64,000 nt of DNA from Dicyema japonicum (taxonomy: Eukaryota; Animalia; Dicyemida), in contig RDEW01000001.1 of the NCBI GenBank assembly GCA_011109175.1, positions 2,049,485 to 2,113,484 of the forward strand, read 5' to 3'. Below are positions 37,393 to 49,842 of this stretch, piece by piece. The first letter of the stretch is position 1. Each line of letters opens with the position of its first letter. Position numbers and translations under genes: made by a program. Under the pieces are notes generated by a model. It was not told where the DNA came from, ran no database searches, and saw only the letters and a list, made by a program, of their open reading frames with translations.

Positions 37393-38115
37393 ATGGCATA
37401 GTGGTTAGGTGTCGGGCTAAGTGACTTAGGCTACGGGTTCGAATCTCGCTGCTGTTCACCTGGTGGAAGGTTCCACGCATCTACGATGCAGAAAGGGTTT
37501 GACGAGACGCCGTCATCAGTGGAGTTTCAGTGCGGAACTGGATAGTCAAAAGGACATAAACACAAGAAAAAGAAAAAACAAAGAAGTGAAGAGCATTTCT
37601 TGGTTCTCCCTTTAATAATAATAATAATAATAATAAAGCCTTTTCACGAGAGCCATAGTATTTTATAGCTCCGCATAGGCAGGACACACACTTTATTTAA
37701 GTAAAGAACAGTTAATTGTAACTAATCGTAGAACCAAGGAATGATCTTCACTTCTTTTATTCTTTTTCTTGTGTGAGTGTCCTTTCTAGACAATCCAGTT
37801 CCGCAGTGAGTATTCACTGATGACGGCGTCACTCGTCAAACCATTTCTGCATCGTAGATGCGTGGAACCTTCCACCAGGTGAACAGCAGCGAGATTCGAA
37901 CCCGTAGCCTAAGCCACTTAAGCCCGACACCTAACCACTAAGGCCACCCGGCTTTACGATTAGTTATAATAACCTGTTCTTTACTTAAATGGTTCTCCCT
38001 TTACGATTAGTTATAATAACTGTTCTTTACTTAAATAAAGTGTATGTTCTGCACGAGCGAAACTTTAAGCATCTTACGTGTTTATGGCAACGCGGTAGTG
38101 CTTACTTTTTTTCTT
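37393..38115 (+). mobile_element. tRNA-derived SINE (variant tail) interrupted by a second SINE
   Basis: Head and body at 37393-37614, remainder from 37991. Confidence 0.85.
37615..37950 (-). mobile_element. Full-length tRNA-derived SINE inserted antisense into another SINE
   Basis: A and B boxes, (TTA)n tail, 13-bp TSD GGTTCTCCCTTTA (37602-37614, 37991-38003). Confidence 0.9.
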
Positions 38116-38284
38116 TTTTTAGGTGTTCCTGTAAATATTTATGAGTTTTTTGAAATTGCTTTTGAAATTCGTTCCTAATTTTTTCCTCTGTGTTTTAATA
38201 ATCGATAGAATACAAACCTGTCATAAATGACGAATACTAATTATTATTAAAAGCATTTTCACAGAACCAAAGAACGTTATATTA

Positions 38285-40330
38285 ACTAAGGTCCCGTCTG
38301 TGCTACACGTTTCACAATCTGCTTAACTAGGCCATCGCCCTTTGCTTTGCGCATCTGTCCTTAGATCTTCTAGGTCTTCTGCAGATTTAAGATTTCTTCT
38401 AATCCCATTAAGATCCTTGTTCAGAGCCACGGGTAGAGTGACTCTGGGTCTTCCTCTGAATGATGGTTTGTTCTCATTGTTAAAGTAATTGTCCATTATT
38501 ATATTTGCAGGGGCGTTTATGTCCATTCTGAGCACGTGCCCAAACAGTCTCCACCTTGATTCAATAATGTCGATGCTTATTGGCCTTGATTGTGCCACAG
38601 AGTATAATTTCTTATTTGAAATCTTCTTGGGCCAACCTAGGCCCATTAAATTGCGTAATTGTTTGCGATGAAATATATCCATTTTCTTGAGCTCTAGCTC
38701 TGTGACCCCCCATGTACCTGAGTTGTACATAAGCACCGGTTTTATATATGCGTTGTATAGTCTTATTCTTAGATTTGTTTTTATTAGTTTTCGTCGACTC
38801 CATATCTTCTGCATTTTCTTATACATGGCAGTGGCTAGACTCTTCTATACATCATGTCCTCACTATCACCAAGTAAGGATCCTTTTTTTCCTCCAATTTT
38901 CATCAATATATTTTGATTCCCTTGTGATTCTTATGTGTTCAGTCTTTTCCTGATTAACTTGCAGAGACCAATTCTTAAATTCTCCAGAGATTGTCTCTAA
39001 AGCAAGTCCAAGTTCCAGATCATTTTCTGACACAAAATCTATGTCATCTGCGTACATAATCTCCATCGGCATGCATCCTTCACATTTTGTTCTAAGAGCT
39101 CTCAATGCCGCTTCCAGGTAGACGAATAGAACCGGAGATAGAGAGTCTCCCTGAGGTATTCCAACTGTTGTCCCGAAAGGCTTGGATGTTGTGTTTTCAA
39201 CTCGTACTGTTAATTCAGTGTTTGTTAGTAGGAAACAGACAAGTCTTGTGTTTTCCTTATCAAGAAAACTCCCGGCAACGTCCAACAATGTTTTTCTGTT
39301 GACAGTGTCAAACGCACTGGACATGTCCACTCCCAAAATCTTAAAATTACTCCTGTATCGTTGACCATGACACATATCCACCTATGGGACCAAACTGCAT
39401 CTGTGGTCGAGCGTCCCTTTTTGAACCCACTTTGTCCCGGCGACAAAAATTCATAAACATCAGAAGATATCCGACTAAGGGTTATCAGAGATTGTATCTT
39501 CTTCAATGTTCCCAGTAATATCACAGGTCTTAAATTTTTTATCGGTCCCTTGCTCTTTCCTGCTTTATGCAGAGGAATCAAAATTCCATTACCAAGTTTC
39601 AAGAAGAATGCGTCTCAAAAACCTTATTGAAAATCTTTGTAAAGAGGGTTGTCAGTTCGCCTGGTGCATACTTGATCATTTCTCCATTTATGTTGTCTGG
39701 TCCCCCGTTGTTGTTTAATTTAAGGATTGCTAGATTAGTTTCTTCTGTAGGTTTCGATAGATTCAGGATTCTTGGTGATTTCTCAAATGAAATTTCATTT
39801 TCATTCAAAAGTCTTGAAAAAGTTCGGCAATAATCTCATTATTTTCTTTATTATCCAATACATTTCTTTCTTGACTGTCGTGAATACAATTATTTGTAGG
39901 TTGAACTTCCCTCTGCAAAAGGCGAACTGCTCGAAACATTTGCGTTCCGTAACACAACTTCTCAATTTCACTGACACGTTCGTCAATTTCCTTGACATAA
40001 ATTTCCTGATTCCTCTGTTTAATCTCCTTTACAATACGATTTCTTTCTCTTCTTAACTGGTTGTAAGTATCATTATTTGTACACGATTCCATTCTCAGCC
40101 GCGATTTTTTTTGTTTAATTGATAATGATCCAATTTCGTGATCCCTTTAAATTCTGCTGGTCTCTTTTCCCCAAGCACGTCGAAAATTGCATTCTTTATT
40201 ACATCAACAGTAGCATTCCAAATCATCTCTGGGGGATTTTCCATATTTATGCTCACAATCTCCTTCTTAATTGGCATGCAATAATCTTCACTCGTCTTCT
40301 CACATAAGCATAATTTTTCCACAATAAACG
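38285..40330 (-). mobile_element. RTE LINE, 5'-truncated
   Basis: KNLRPVILL, DMSSAFDTV, PQGDSLSP, YADD, SRWRLFGHVLRM, GRPRVTLP. Confidence 0.9.
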
Positions 40331-40369
40331 ATCTAGATAAGCTCTCTTCTTTTTAGCACCATCTATTCC

Positions 40370-40865
40370 AAAATAGATATTTTTTACAACGTGTTGTTGT
40401 GGTGTTTATACATTTTCTGAAACTTATTCAAATATAAGTTTTTTATACGGCGCAGAATTATGGACATTAAAAAAGGCGGATAGGCGAAGAATTAATGTTT
40501 TTGAGCTGTGGTGCTGAAGGAGGTTACTAAGAATCCCTTGGACCTCTAAAGTAACAACTATCAATGTACTCAAACGGGTAGAGACTAACATTTCGCTAGA
40601 GAAAAGAATCGTAAAACACAGATTGGCGTTCTTTGGGCATGTTGTCCGCTCTGATTCACTGGAAAGAACCATTATGTTGAGCAATATTACTGGGAAAAGA
40701 AGACCTGGCCGACCAAGGACTCGGTGGCTATCCACGGTGGAAGACGTCACGGGAATGCCTATATCAAGGCTACTCCAAATTGCAACGGATCGGGGAGAGT
40801 GGAGGAAACTCGTTCATGAGATCTCCAAGCGTCGGACACGACTAAATTGGACAACATAACATATA
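40370..40865 (+). mobile_element. RTE (BovB-like) 3' end
   Basis: FELWCWRRLLRIPW, FFGHVVRSDSLE, KRRPGRPRTRW, RTRLN. Confidence 0.85.
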
Positions 40866-40869
40866 TTCC

Positions 40870-41570
40870 GAAATATCTTTTCATTCTGAAACGTGCAACC
40901 AGCAGTTTATGATCACTATAAGGTGCTTCCATAGCTGCGGGAGTCTGTTAGTAAAGCAAGAAGAGATCTTTTACATGTAACATATTCAATCTGGTTGTAT
41001 ATCCGGATATAGTCACCATTTCCATCCTTTCTGGGTCTAGTCCACGTAGTCCTATGCCTCGCATTGTGGTCGAATGCAGAATTACAAACATGTTACAAAA
41101 TTGCACGAGCGATTCTCCTGACATAGTCCTATTCCCCCTGGCATGTCTACCCAAACAGGGTTCCGTGGACAGTGTCCCATTTTAGCATTCCAATCTCCAC
41201 ACATAAAGATACACGAGCCTTTGAGATCAGAGATGGTATCAGTTAGTGACATATAAAACAGATCAAGTTCATCGGGATTTGTAGAAACCCTAGCCATTGT
41301 GGGTGCGTAGACATTAATTATGATATAAAGGAATTATCAGTCCTCCCACTCTTAATCTGAAGTACTGCTATTCTGTCATTCACCCTCCACACTCTGTGGA
41401 TTCTCCCATCAAGACGTATGTATAGCAAATCCAAATCCGTAGTGGTTGCATTCGGAGTCTAGTAGTATAAGTCTAAACTCTTCGTAATTCTCTTCAAATT
41501 CATTTTTCACTTTAGTCTCCTGTTTACTGCATATAGTGACTTTATATGATGTTAAGTCATTTATTACTTT
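40870..41570 (-). mobile_element. RTE APE fragment
   Basis: NVYAPT, CGDWNAKMG, GRHARG. Confidence 0.75.
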
Positions 41571-41591
41571 ACATGTTAACAATTTCCGCCT

Positions 41592-41650
41592 TTAGTCATC
41601 AACAATTTAGTCATCAGCAAATGATAACAATTTTAGTCATCAGCAAATGA
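41592..41650. repeat. Short imperfect tandem repeat (TTAGTCATCA core x3)
   Basis: Seen directly; may be a transposon subterminal repeat. Confidence 0.6.
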
Positions 41651-41659
41651 CAAGAGGAA

Positions 41660-41830
41660 ATCGTCTTTATTATCGGGTTGTAGTAAATCGGACATTTATA
41701 AGTTAAATAAGGCGGGTGATAAAGGGAATCCTTGTGGGACACCATTGGGTAGTAATCTTGAAACTGATTTGGTCCCATCCATGTATATCCCGGCCCTTCT
41801 TCCATTGGTGAGTCTACCATGTCCGGATTA
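41660..41830 (-). mobile_element. Ingi/Jockey-group RT fragment
   Basis: SRLLPNGVPQGFPLSPALFN. Confidence 0.75.
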
Positions 41831-41919
41831 ATAATTTAAGTTCCTTTTGGTTGAATTGGTGACGTGATTCTAAAATAAAAAATGTTGTCTTGTTCACATG
41901 ATTTGAGCAAACTCTTCAC

Positions 41920-42290
41920 ATTGGCGTCATTCAAGATGGAAAAGGGAAGACTTGAGCTAACAGCTTACAAGAATACCATATGCACTATCAAGAGACTAAA
42001 GTAAAGAAGGGAGACCAGGAGAACTATAGAGAATTTAGTCTTTTAATGCTAAACTCTAAAAACAACTTTGTTTTGCTATCCATAAATGTATTGATGAGAG
42101 AATCTACAGAGTATGGGAAGTTAATGGATAGTTTTAAAGATAAAGACTGTGAAGGTTGAAGGATCCCTTATTTATATTGTGTGTACGTTCCTACTATTGC
42201 AAAGGCTTCTAAAAACCCAGATGAATTGGACTCATTTTACATTAACTGACACTATCCTGGTCTCAAATCATCCTTCATAACATTTTTATG
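41920..42290 (+). mobile_element. RTE APE fragment
   Basis: Homologous to 41200-41560 (NPDELD..FY). Confidence 0.6.
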
Positions 42291-42299
42291 ACTTTGAAC

Positions 42300-42830
42300 G
42301 CGACCACAGGTAGCAGGGAATGGCCAAATCGACAGGAAACCTCAAGCCTATTTCCCCAAACCTTATTGGAGCATTCTCTGTGATTAGCCAGTGAGAACTA
42401 TCGTTTGGAGATTAAGCAGGAGATGCGAGCTTTGGACGCTTCTGGACACCCTTCTATGCTAGAACCAGTCGACCTTTGCAGACGTGACGGGAAATGATCT
42501 GATGGGATGACCATTTTCCCCTCTGAAGCCGGGTAACCTCATGTCTGGGACGTCACCTGCACAGACATATTCGCCCCTTGCAACCTACATCAGAGTGCCT
42601 CTGGAGGCCGTTCTGCCACTGGAAAAACCGAGAGGGTGAAACTAGCAAAATGTGCGATCTGACCCGAAGATTTTTTGTGTGTTCCACTCGCGATTTAAAC
42701 GTCTGGTACCCTTACGCCTGGGAGACTAAAATTCCTTAGTCATCTAGGGAATCGGATTTCTCACGAACAGGAGATACCGTGAATGCTGCTGGCTATTTGA
42801 GTAAATCTCGCTCGTCATCCTGAGAGGACC
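42300..42830 (+). mobile_element. Degenerate CRE-like endonuclease fragment
   Basis: LEPVDLCRRDGK*SDGMTIFP, VWDVTCTD. Confidence 0.7.
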
Positions 42831-43124
42831 AATTTATAGGGCCGACGCGAAAAAGTTCGTTTAAAAAAACTCAAAATATGAGAATTTTCCACCAGATTTA
42901 ACGTGCAGGTACGATTGGAGCCTTGAGGTCTATTACTAATTGGGTTTAAAATGAGTAATTATTATGATAATGGTATACTATGAATAATATATTGGTAATA
43001 ACACAAAATGATATTTCGAATGACAGACAGGATGACAGATAGAGGTCAAAAGGACACTTTTATGATCGAAAACTGACTGGAGCACATTATCAGACACATT
43101 AACATATAAGAAAATAATATTAAG

Positions 43125-44430
43125 TCAATACGATGGTTTTCTGGGGGTGAATGAATTTGTTAAGTCAGTCATTCGATTACATTCCTTCAAAGTGACATTA
43201 ATTGGAGTAGGTTCTTTTGCAGGATTTGATAACTTTTCAAGATACTATAATGAATATAATCACAAACAAGAATTGGACAGTCAATATCCTGTGATTTTAT
43301 AAACTTTGTGAGTGCCACTGTGTCATCTCCGTTCACTCTTTCACTTTTCTCCCCTTCATTAATCACTTTTGTAGTATAATCATTCATTGGCCAAAAACCA
43401 ATCTCATTCTGTTTTCCCTAACAACATAAGCTATATCTCACTCTTAGTTCATTTTTAAAAACATCAGTTAGATAGTCAACCAATTTCTCAGGAAGTTTGT
43501 ACAATTTGTCCCCATTTTGTATCATAAATTCAATCATACTCATACAGTCATCAAAATCATTAGTCAAATCATATTCAATCTGAAATCAAATTTAAATATA
43601 CAGGAAATAAAGTTGGAGTAAATATTATAGCCAAATTCTTGCTATTCATATTGGGGGAGCGAATACTGATGAGGTAAAGGAAAGAGAATAGATTGAGTAT
43701 AGTACATTGAATATATCTTGGCATTAGTCTAATCAAAATAGAATATACGGTAAGTTTGTCATTTTCTGAAAATCCTTAATTAATTATACTAATACTTGGG
43801 GAAATGGTCCTTACTGTTTCAATAAACTCTAATGGAATAACAGAAGGTTCAAATGTCCGTAAAAGTCTCTTTAGAGCACATGCTGAATCTTGAATTCCAA
43901 AACCATTGAAGATTTGAGGAAACTTTTGAGTTCCTTTCAATATTGATGTGATGACCTTGACGTTAGCATTAGAACCACTCAACCGGAAGATCCCAGAGAG
44001 TGACTTGTCTGTGGTAAATTATTAATGAAACCATCGAATGATTGTATGTAAACCATAATGTCTCTAACAGCATGAGTAATTTTCCATTTTTCAGGGTCAT
44101 CTTTTTAATAATAACAACTCTAACCTTTTGCAATCACTGATTTTTTACCAAAAAATAATAATTTCTTCTTTGAAGGAATTTTAATTTCCATAAATTCATG
44201 TATAGACTCGACTTCTAAGTATTTAAGCACATGCATCATAAGGACAGTCCGATAACTCTCAGGGAAGTTTATCATCATTGAATGAATAAGTTCCTCAAGC
44301 ATCAAAGTAAGAAACGGTTTCATGGTATTTACTTTAGCGGCAGAAATATAATATATCCCCGTGAAATACGCTACTTTTCTTCCTTAATTGTTTAAATTAT
44401 GGGATTTTCGCATATTGGAGTTATACTTGA
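43125..44430 (-). CDS. RhoGAP-domain protein with micro-introns; start uncertain
   Basis: GIFRLSGS (arginine finger), ACALKRLLR..EPSVIP, NMNSKNLAIIFTPTLF. Confidence 0.8.
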
Positions 44431-45204
44431 CCCATATTACGATTTCTTCAATTACTCTTGAATAGATGTATTGATTATCAGGAACTGCAATTTATAAGGG
44501 GATTAAATGATTAAACGGGAATATTACAAATGAAAATGAATCCAAATATTATATTTAAATACTAATGTTATTAAAATTTATATTATTTTTAATACTTCAT
44601 TGATAGTCTATTAAAGTATTAAAATATAGGCTCGTTTTATTGCGAGAACTTGAATTACCTAACTGACATTTTTACTGTCTTTCTAGGTGATCCAGGGGTT
44701 CTAAATAAATAAAGGTTGGACTTTCATGAAAGTCAAGAGAAAGTGTCTGGAGAGGAGACCAAGAAAGCAAATAGTTGGTTTACTTCTTTCTTGGTGTTCC
44801 CTTTTCTGGGTTATTAAATAAATCTGGAAAGAATGAAATACTTATAAGATGGGATCATCTGATGGATTTATAATTAATTAACTTTGTGATGGTTTCTTGG
44901 CTTAATAATAACAACATATGTAAAGTGTCTATTGAATGTAATTAAAGCCATTATTTTAGTCAAACGCGTTTAATTGATTTTGTCATCCTTTCAAATTATT
45001 ATCAAATAGTTCACGTTCTGGCCCGTCGTGATTGAGACAATGAGCGGGAAATAGCTTTGCTTCTCAAGTCTGGCTACACTCAAAAACAACGACGTACATT
45101 CGGCTTTTCCAGTTGATCGTCGTTGCACCCGTGGGAGGCTTAAGTTGACGGGGACTATTAAAATAACAACTAAATATTGATTAATTAAAATATTGACAAA
45201 TCAT

Positions 45205-45857
45205 TTATTTATAGAAAGATCCACCATTAAATGGTTTTGTAGAGTAAATATTTGGAGTATACGTTAGTTCGATTAAATCATTAATCACTGACTCCTTCGT
45301 TTTATCATGAGGAGTGTAGTCTTCCCATGGATCTTTCAGTTGTGTAGTGACATGATTTAGATCAGAACATTTAGGTGTCTCAGGAAACAATAATAGTTCT
45401 TGGTAACAAATCTCATTGACAACTGAAGGAGATGGACACGGTTTTAGAGAAGAATACCAAATCTTTGAGTCATACAAATGCGAAAGAAAATCCGCCATTG
45501 ATGCTGGTCCATACATTGTGTGTGTCGGAATTTTTGAATGAAAGTGTGCAAAATAAGTTTTGATGCATTTCTAGAAATATTAATAAAAGAGACAGTGTTT
45601 CCATTATTTTTAAGAAATTCAAAGTCATCACAAGTAAATGAACACAAAGACAGGGATTTTATTCTGTGTTGAACTTTGAGTCCTCGTCTAGATAAATACT
45701 AAAAAAACAATATTCCGGCACAGTTTGAGCACACAAAGGTCCCAACTGTCAAATCAGCATAAATTGGTCCAGGCTGTCGACAGTTGACACAGATGTTGTT
45801 ATCTGGTAAAACTAAAAGTCTCCTTATCTTCTGAGAATAGTTTTCAGAAGCATTCAT
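45205..45857 (-). CDS. AGFG1: ArfGAP of the AGFG1 type (short)
   Basis: CVNCRQPGPIYADLTVGTFVCSNCAGIL-RGL...HRIKSL...FEFLKNNGN matches the AGFG ArfGAP domain; orthology is not established. Confidence 0.75.
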
Positions 45858-46239
45858 TGAAACAAGCCTGACAAGGATCGAAATTAAATTTTTAATTATA
45901 AATATTATAAAATAAACTTGCATAAATTTAATTGTTTGTAAAATTAGTTTATCATTCTTTATATACGTACTCATTCTTCGAGCTCTCCAGGATCCCTCAA
46001 AAAATCATGAGGATAAGTCACAAATTTCACCAAGGCTGATTTTGAAATTAAATATAACATAGTAAAGGAATATGAAATAATCCAAATATATTTCATAAAC
46101 TTACAAAATACACATTATATCCAGAAAGGCCATAAAATTCCATATGAGTAAATTCCAACTTTGATCAGGTAGAATTCATTTTTCCTAAACAAGATATCCG
46201 GTTTATTATATTGTAGTCTTTATAGTCGTATCAACCACA

Positions 46240-46715
46240 TTTTTCGTTGAGGTGGTGACGACATCTCTATTGCACTGTCTTATTTGCATTCCTTACCGAC
46301 TTTACCGTTCACTCTGGGATCTTTTAATTGCAGAGGACTTAAACAACCTTACAAGAAACACCAATGCGATCTAACAAAATACGACTTCTTTGTCTGCTGT
46401 CTACAAGAGACAAATACAACCGCACAATGTACAGAACTGTTTGCCAAATTCCACTATTTTATTCTCTCATCGGCCTGTCGACATTATGGTCTCGGATTTG
46501 TAGTTCAACAGGACCTGATTCACTGTGTTACAAGAATGTGGGCAACATCAGACATCATAATGGAAATGGCTGATGACCTGGACTACCTAAGAGAACTAGC
46601 GCGCAACAGAAGATCATGGTCGAAGCTGACGGAGAGGATGATTCAGAATACGGCACAAGGGAAACTTAACTAATTTTATGTTTTCTTGGGAGTGCTTTTT
46701 AATAACAATAACTGG
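46240..46715 (+). mobile_element. Internally deleted RTE retaining both termini
   Basis: 5' motif GAGGTGGTGACG plus APE start (GSFNCRGL) joined to the C-terminal QGKLN* and a GGGAGTGC 3' end, as in 13356-16326. Confidence 0.75.
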
Positions 46716-47191
46716 GATTTTGACTACATCATTAGAAACATTTGTTTGGATCATCCTATCAGCTGTATTATTTTGGATTGATTAACCATTTAATTTATTT
46801 GAGGTCTAACCTCCTGAATATATTCTCTAACAATTAGGTCTTCGGGTGTATATATCCAACAACCAGGTCTCTAACAACTAGGTCTTCATGTATAGTTGGA
46901 GTTTACCATTTATATTGGATTAACATTGACTGTTTTCAGTGTTGGCATATAGTGGCCGCAAGTTAAAAGTTTCAGTATTTGATGTCGCGTGTAAACATCA
47001 AAGATCTTCATGCTATCTATTAATTTCCAGAACAATGTTCACAACATTCTTTCACAAAAGTCTATAATTTGTTTCTTTAATTTCGGTTACATTTTTTCAC
47101 AGATTTTTTTTCTTTTTAATATAATTCCAAAATTAATTACATTATTGATTGTTTAATAAAGTAAAGATTAATTAAAAAATATAAATCCAAA

Positions 47192-47216
47192 TACAGTAAA
47201 ACCTCTCGAATCCACT
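47192..47216 (+). mobile_element. pogo/Tigger-like TIR
   Basis: TA followed by CAGTAAAACCTCTCGAATCC; no partner found. Confidence 0.35.
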
Positions 47217-47219
47217 GAT

Positions 47220-48575
47220 TTTGTGACTGATAAAACCTTCACTGTCAGAGGCCTGAATAACGTGGCTAAGAGGCAGCTTCTATGTTCCGATGTTGAGAAA
47301 CACCTGGGTTCTTTATACTGCTTGCAGGAGACTAAAATAAAAAATGGACTTGATGATACACATGCAAATTACTGGTTAATGTTGCTTTTCTTGGAATCAA
47401 AGTAATATGGACAAGGCTTTTCAATACACAAGGAATATATTCCCAGAGTATATCGTTACTGGAAAGTCAATGACAGAATCAGTGTCTTACAACTACGTAC
47501 AAGATCAAGCAGAAATTCAAGGAGACTAATCTTAATTATCAACGTTTACGCACCACACATTCTCTGAAACTTATTCCTTATTCCAATATAAGAGCTGTTG
47601 ATGGGGAAAAACCTGGCAACCTACCTTGTATTTAAATGCCAAGAAAATCTTATGAGCAAACTCTCATACGATCTAATTGGAAGCAACGTTACTGCAAAAC
47701 ATCAAATCTCGAGTCTTCGTCACACAGAATCTCACAATTTTGCAACATGGAACGTAAGAGGCTTAAACGAAGGAAAACTAGAAGTCGTAAAAAGAGAAAT
47801 GAGAAGGCTTGATATTGACCTGCTTGGAGTAAGCAAACTAGTAATGCGTATTTACAACTAAAAAGATTACGTACCTCTTTACGAAAATGATGGGCAAAAT
47901 CAAGGACAAGGATGGTGTTGAATTGCTAGGCCAACAGAACATTCGAAATCGTTGGAGAGAATATACGGAGCGGCTATATTCAGAAACTGTGTGCCCACCC
48001 ATATGTGTTGATGAAGCAACGTCGGGTGAGGGGCATAAAATCCTTGAGAAGGAATGCGTGTGGGCAACACGGCAATTAACGGGGAACAAGGCACCGGGGA
48101 TTGACAACATCTCAAGCGAATTGTTGAAGGCTATACCGGTGACAGCTATCACCAGTCTATGTCAAAAAAATTTGGGAAACTGGTATTTGGCCACGTGAGT
48201 GGAAAAGATCTATATTTATTCAAATACCGAAAAAAGGGTATAGCAAGGACTGTTCAAACTATCGTACAATAGCCTTAATTCCCCACATCAGCAAAATACT
48301 TCTAAAGATAATACAACATCGTCTAATGCCAAATGCAGAAATGATTCTACCGAATGTCTAAGCAGGATTCAGGAAAGGACGAGGCACACGTGACCATATA
48401 GCAAATGTCCGGTGGATTATGGAGAAAGCCCATGAATCCTAAAAGAGTGTATACATGTGCTTCATTGACTATCGGAAAGCTTTTGATTCCATTATACATG
48501 ACGAGCTGTGGTCCGCTTTAAAAGAATTTGGATTTGATGCCCATCTGATATTGCTTATCAAATCCCTTCACACCA
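47220..48575 (+). mobile_element. Two abutting RTE fragments (APE start; BovB-like APE-RT with deletion)
   Basis: TVRGLN...CLQETK; ATWNVRGLNEGKL, KAPGIDNI, NYRTIALI, FIDYRKAFD. Confidence 0.8.
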
Positions 48576-48604
48576 ATCGGTATCTCCATACACTGTTCTA
48601 ACGG

Positions 48605-48955
48605 TAGCTAGACGATCACATCGTTCAGAGCAGCATGAAGTGGTCCTCTTCTGGCGCTTCTACTGCAGAACAGCGGGTGCAATTTCTTTGCATCGACATC
48701 GGTGTGAAGGGAAACGTCTATTCATAGCCTTTGTCCGATTACAATCATCAAAGAATCGTCGTCCAAAAAAGTTCCTAGGTTTGGGCAAGGTATTGCACCA
48801 ATCCATGCTCCACTCTTTCCACTTGAAGCTGACACCAAACAAGCCAGACGATGTTTATTTGCTTCTTTTTTAAGGTCTTCCAAAATTTTGGAGCAGATAA
48901 TGTTATCCCAATTACTTTGCTTTGTTGGGTCTTCGGGGATTTTGAGTCCGGACCG
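48605..48955 (-). mobile_element. CRE-like fragment of the 33 kb subfamily
   Basis: High similarity to 33530-33895. Confidence 0.8.
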
Positions 48956-49249
48956 TCAATTGACTATTCCGCGAAATCCAATAGTGAACTTTTTTTTTCA
49001 AATTTGGGAATTTAAAAAAAGAATTTATTTAAAAACCATTAAAGTAAAAAATTATTTTATCTCAAAATAATATTTTAACCATAGCTGTCTTTAATTATTT
49101 TAAATATTATTTTGAGTGTATCTTCTAATAGCGGAAATCATTTATTTTCAATATTATTTATTGTTAAATCAGATATAGTGTAAAATCTCAGTTTGTTTTC
49201 ATTTTTATTACTTCCGTCAATTATTTCGTCTTCTTTTTCAGAATTCATT

Positions 49250-49570
49250 ATTTCGAATCATTGATGGATTTTTCTTTTCCAGAATTCTCCGATAACACCA
49301 TTCCGTTCATTTTCATAGTATTGAATATCAAGGAATATTTATATGTCCAGATTGCATCAAATCCATCCATTCAACAAACTTAGTATCAAGTTCAGGAATT
49401 TTTAACGATTTGCATGTCTTTGTTGAAAGAATGTAATTTTTAGATTTTATAACATGGACTCTCGGGAATTAAGAATATTATTCACTGTTTTTACTGAAAT
49501 TCAATGTTGAATAAGTCAGAATTCTGCGAACGATTGTTTGGCACGATTTAGTATTTTTCTCGTCTTTATA
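49250..49570 (-). mobile_element. pogo/Tigger CENP-B-type HTH remnant
   Basis: ISVKTVNNILNSRE...IPELDTKFVEW. Confidence 0.4.
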
Positions 49571-49842
49571 TCTTAAAATTTCGAGTTTTTGGAAACAATT
49601 AAGCCTTGTATAATTGCAACGAGTTTTCTAACACATGGTAAAATTTTTAGTTTGAAATTTTTATTTTTTAAATAAAATAATTGAAAAAATTAGTAAAAAT
49701 AAATTTTATGTTTTAAAGCAACACAAATAGTATAGCCATCTAGCAGAGTACCAACTGCGCGATCCGGGAAAGCACTTTTCAGGAGCCTGAATTCTTACCT
49801 AACGTGAAAAAAACAGTGTTTTAGATCTAACAATTAAGTATT

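Noticed and set aside
37815-37845. Hammerhead ribozyme (CTGATGA on the SINE antisense strand)
   Set aside because: No GAAA after a stem II; the TGA is part of the TGACG/CGTCA hairpin.
41592-41650. CRISPR-like array
   Set aside because: Three short imperfect repeats with no unique regular spacers, in a eukaryotic context without cas genes.
44600-45180. Extra exons or a small gene between RhoGAP and AGFG1-like
   Set aside because: Coding-like composition but no frame or motif I could support.
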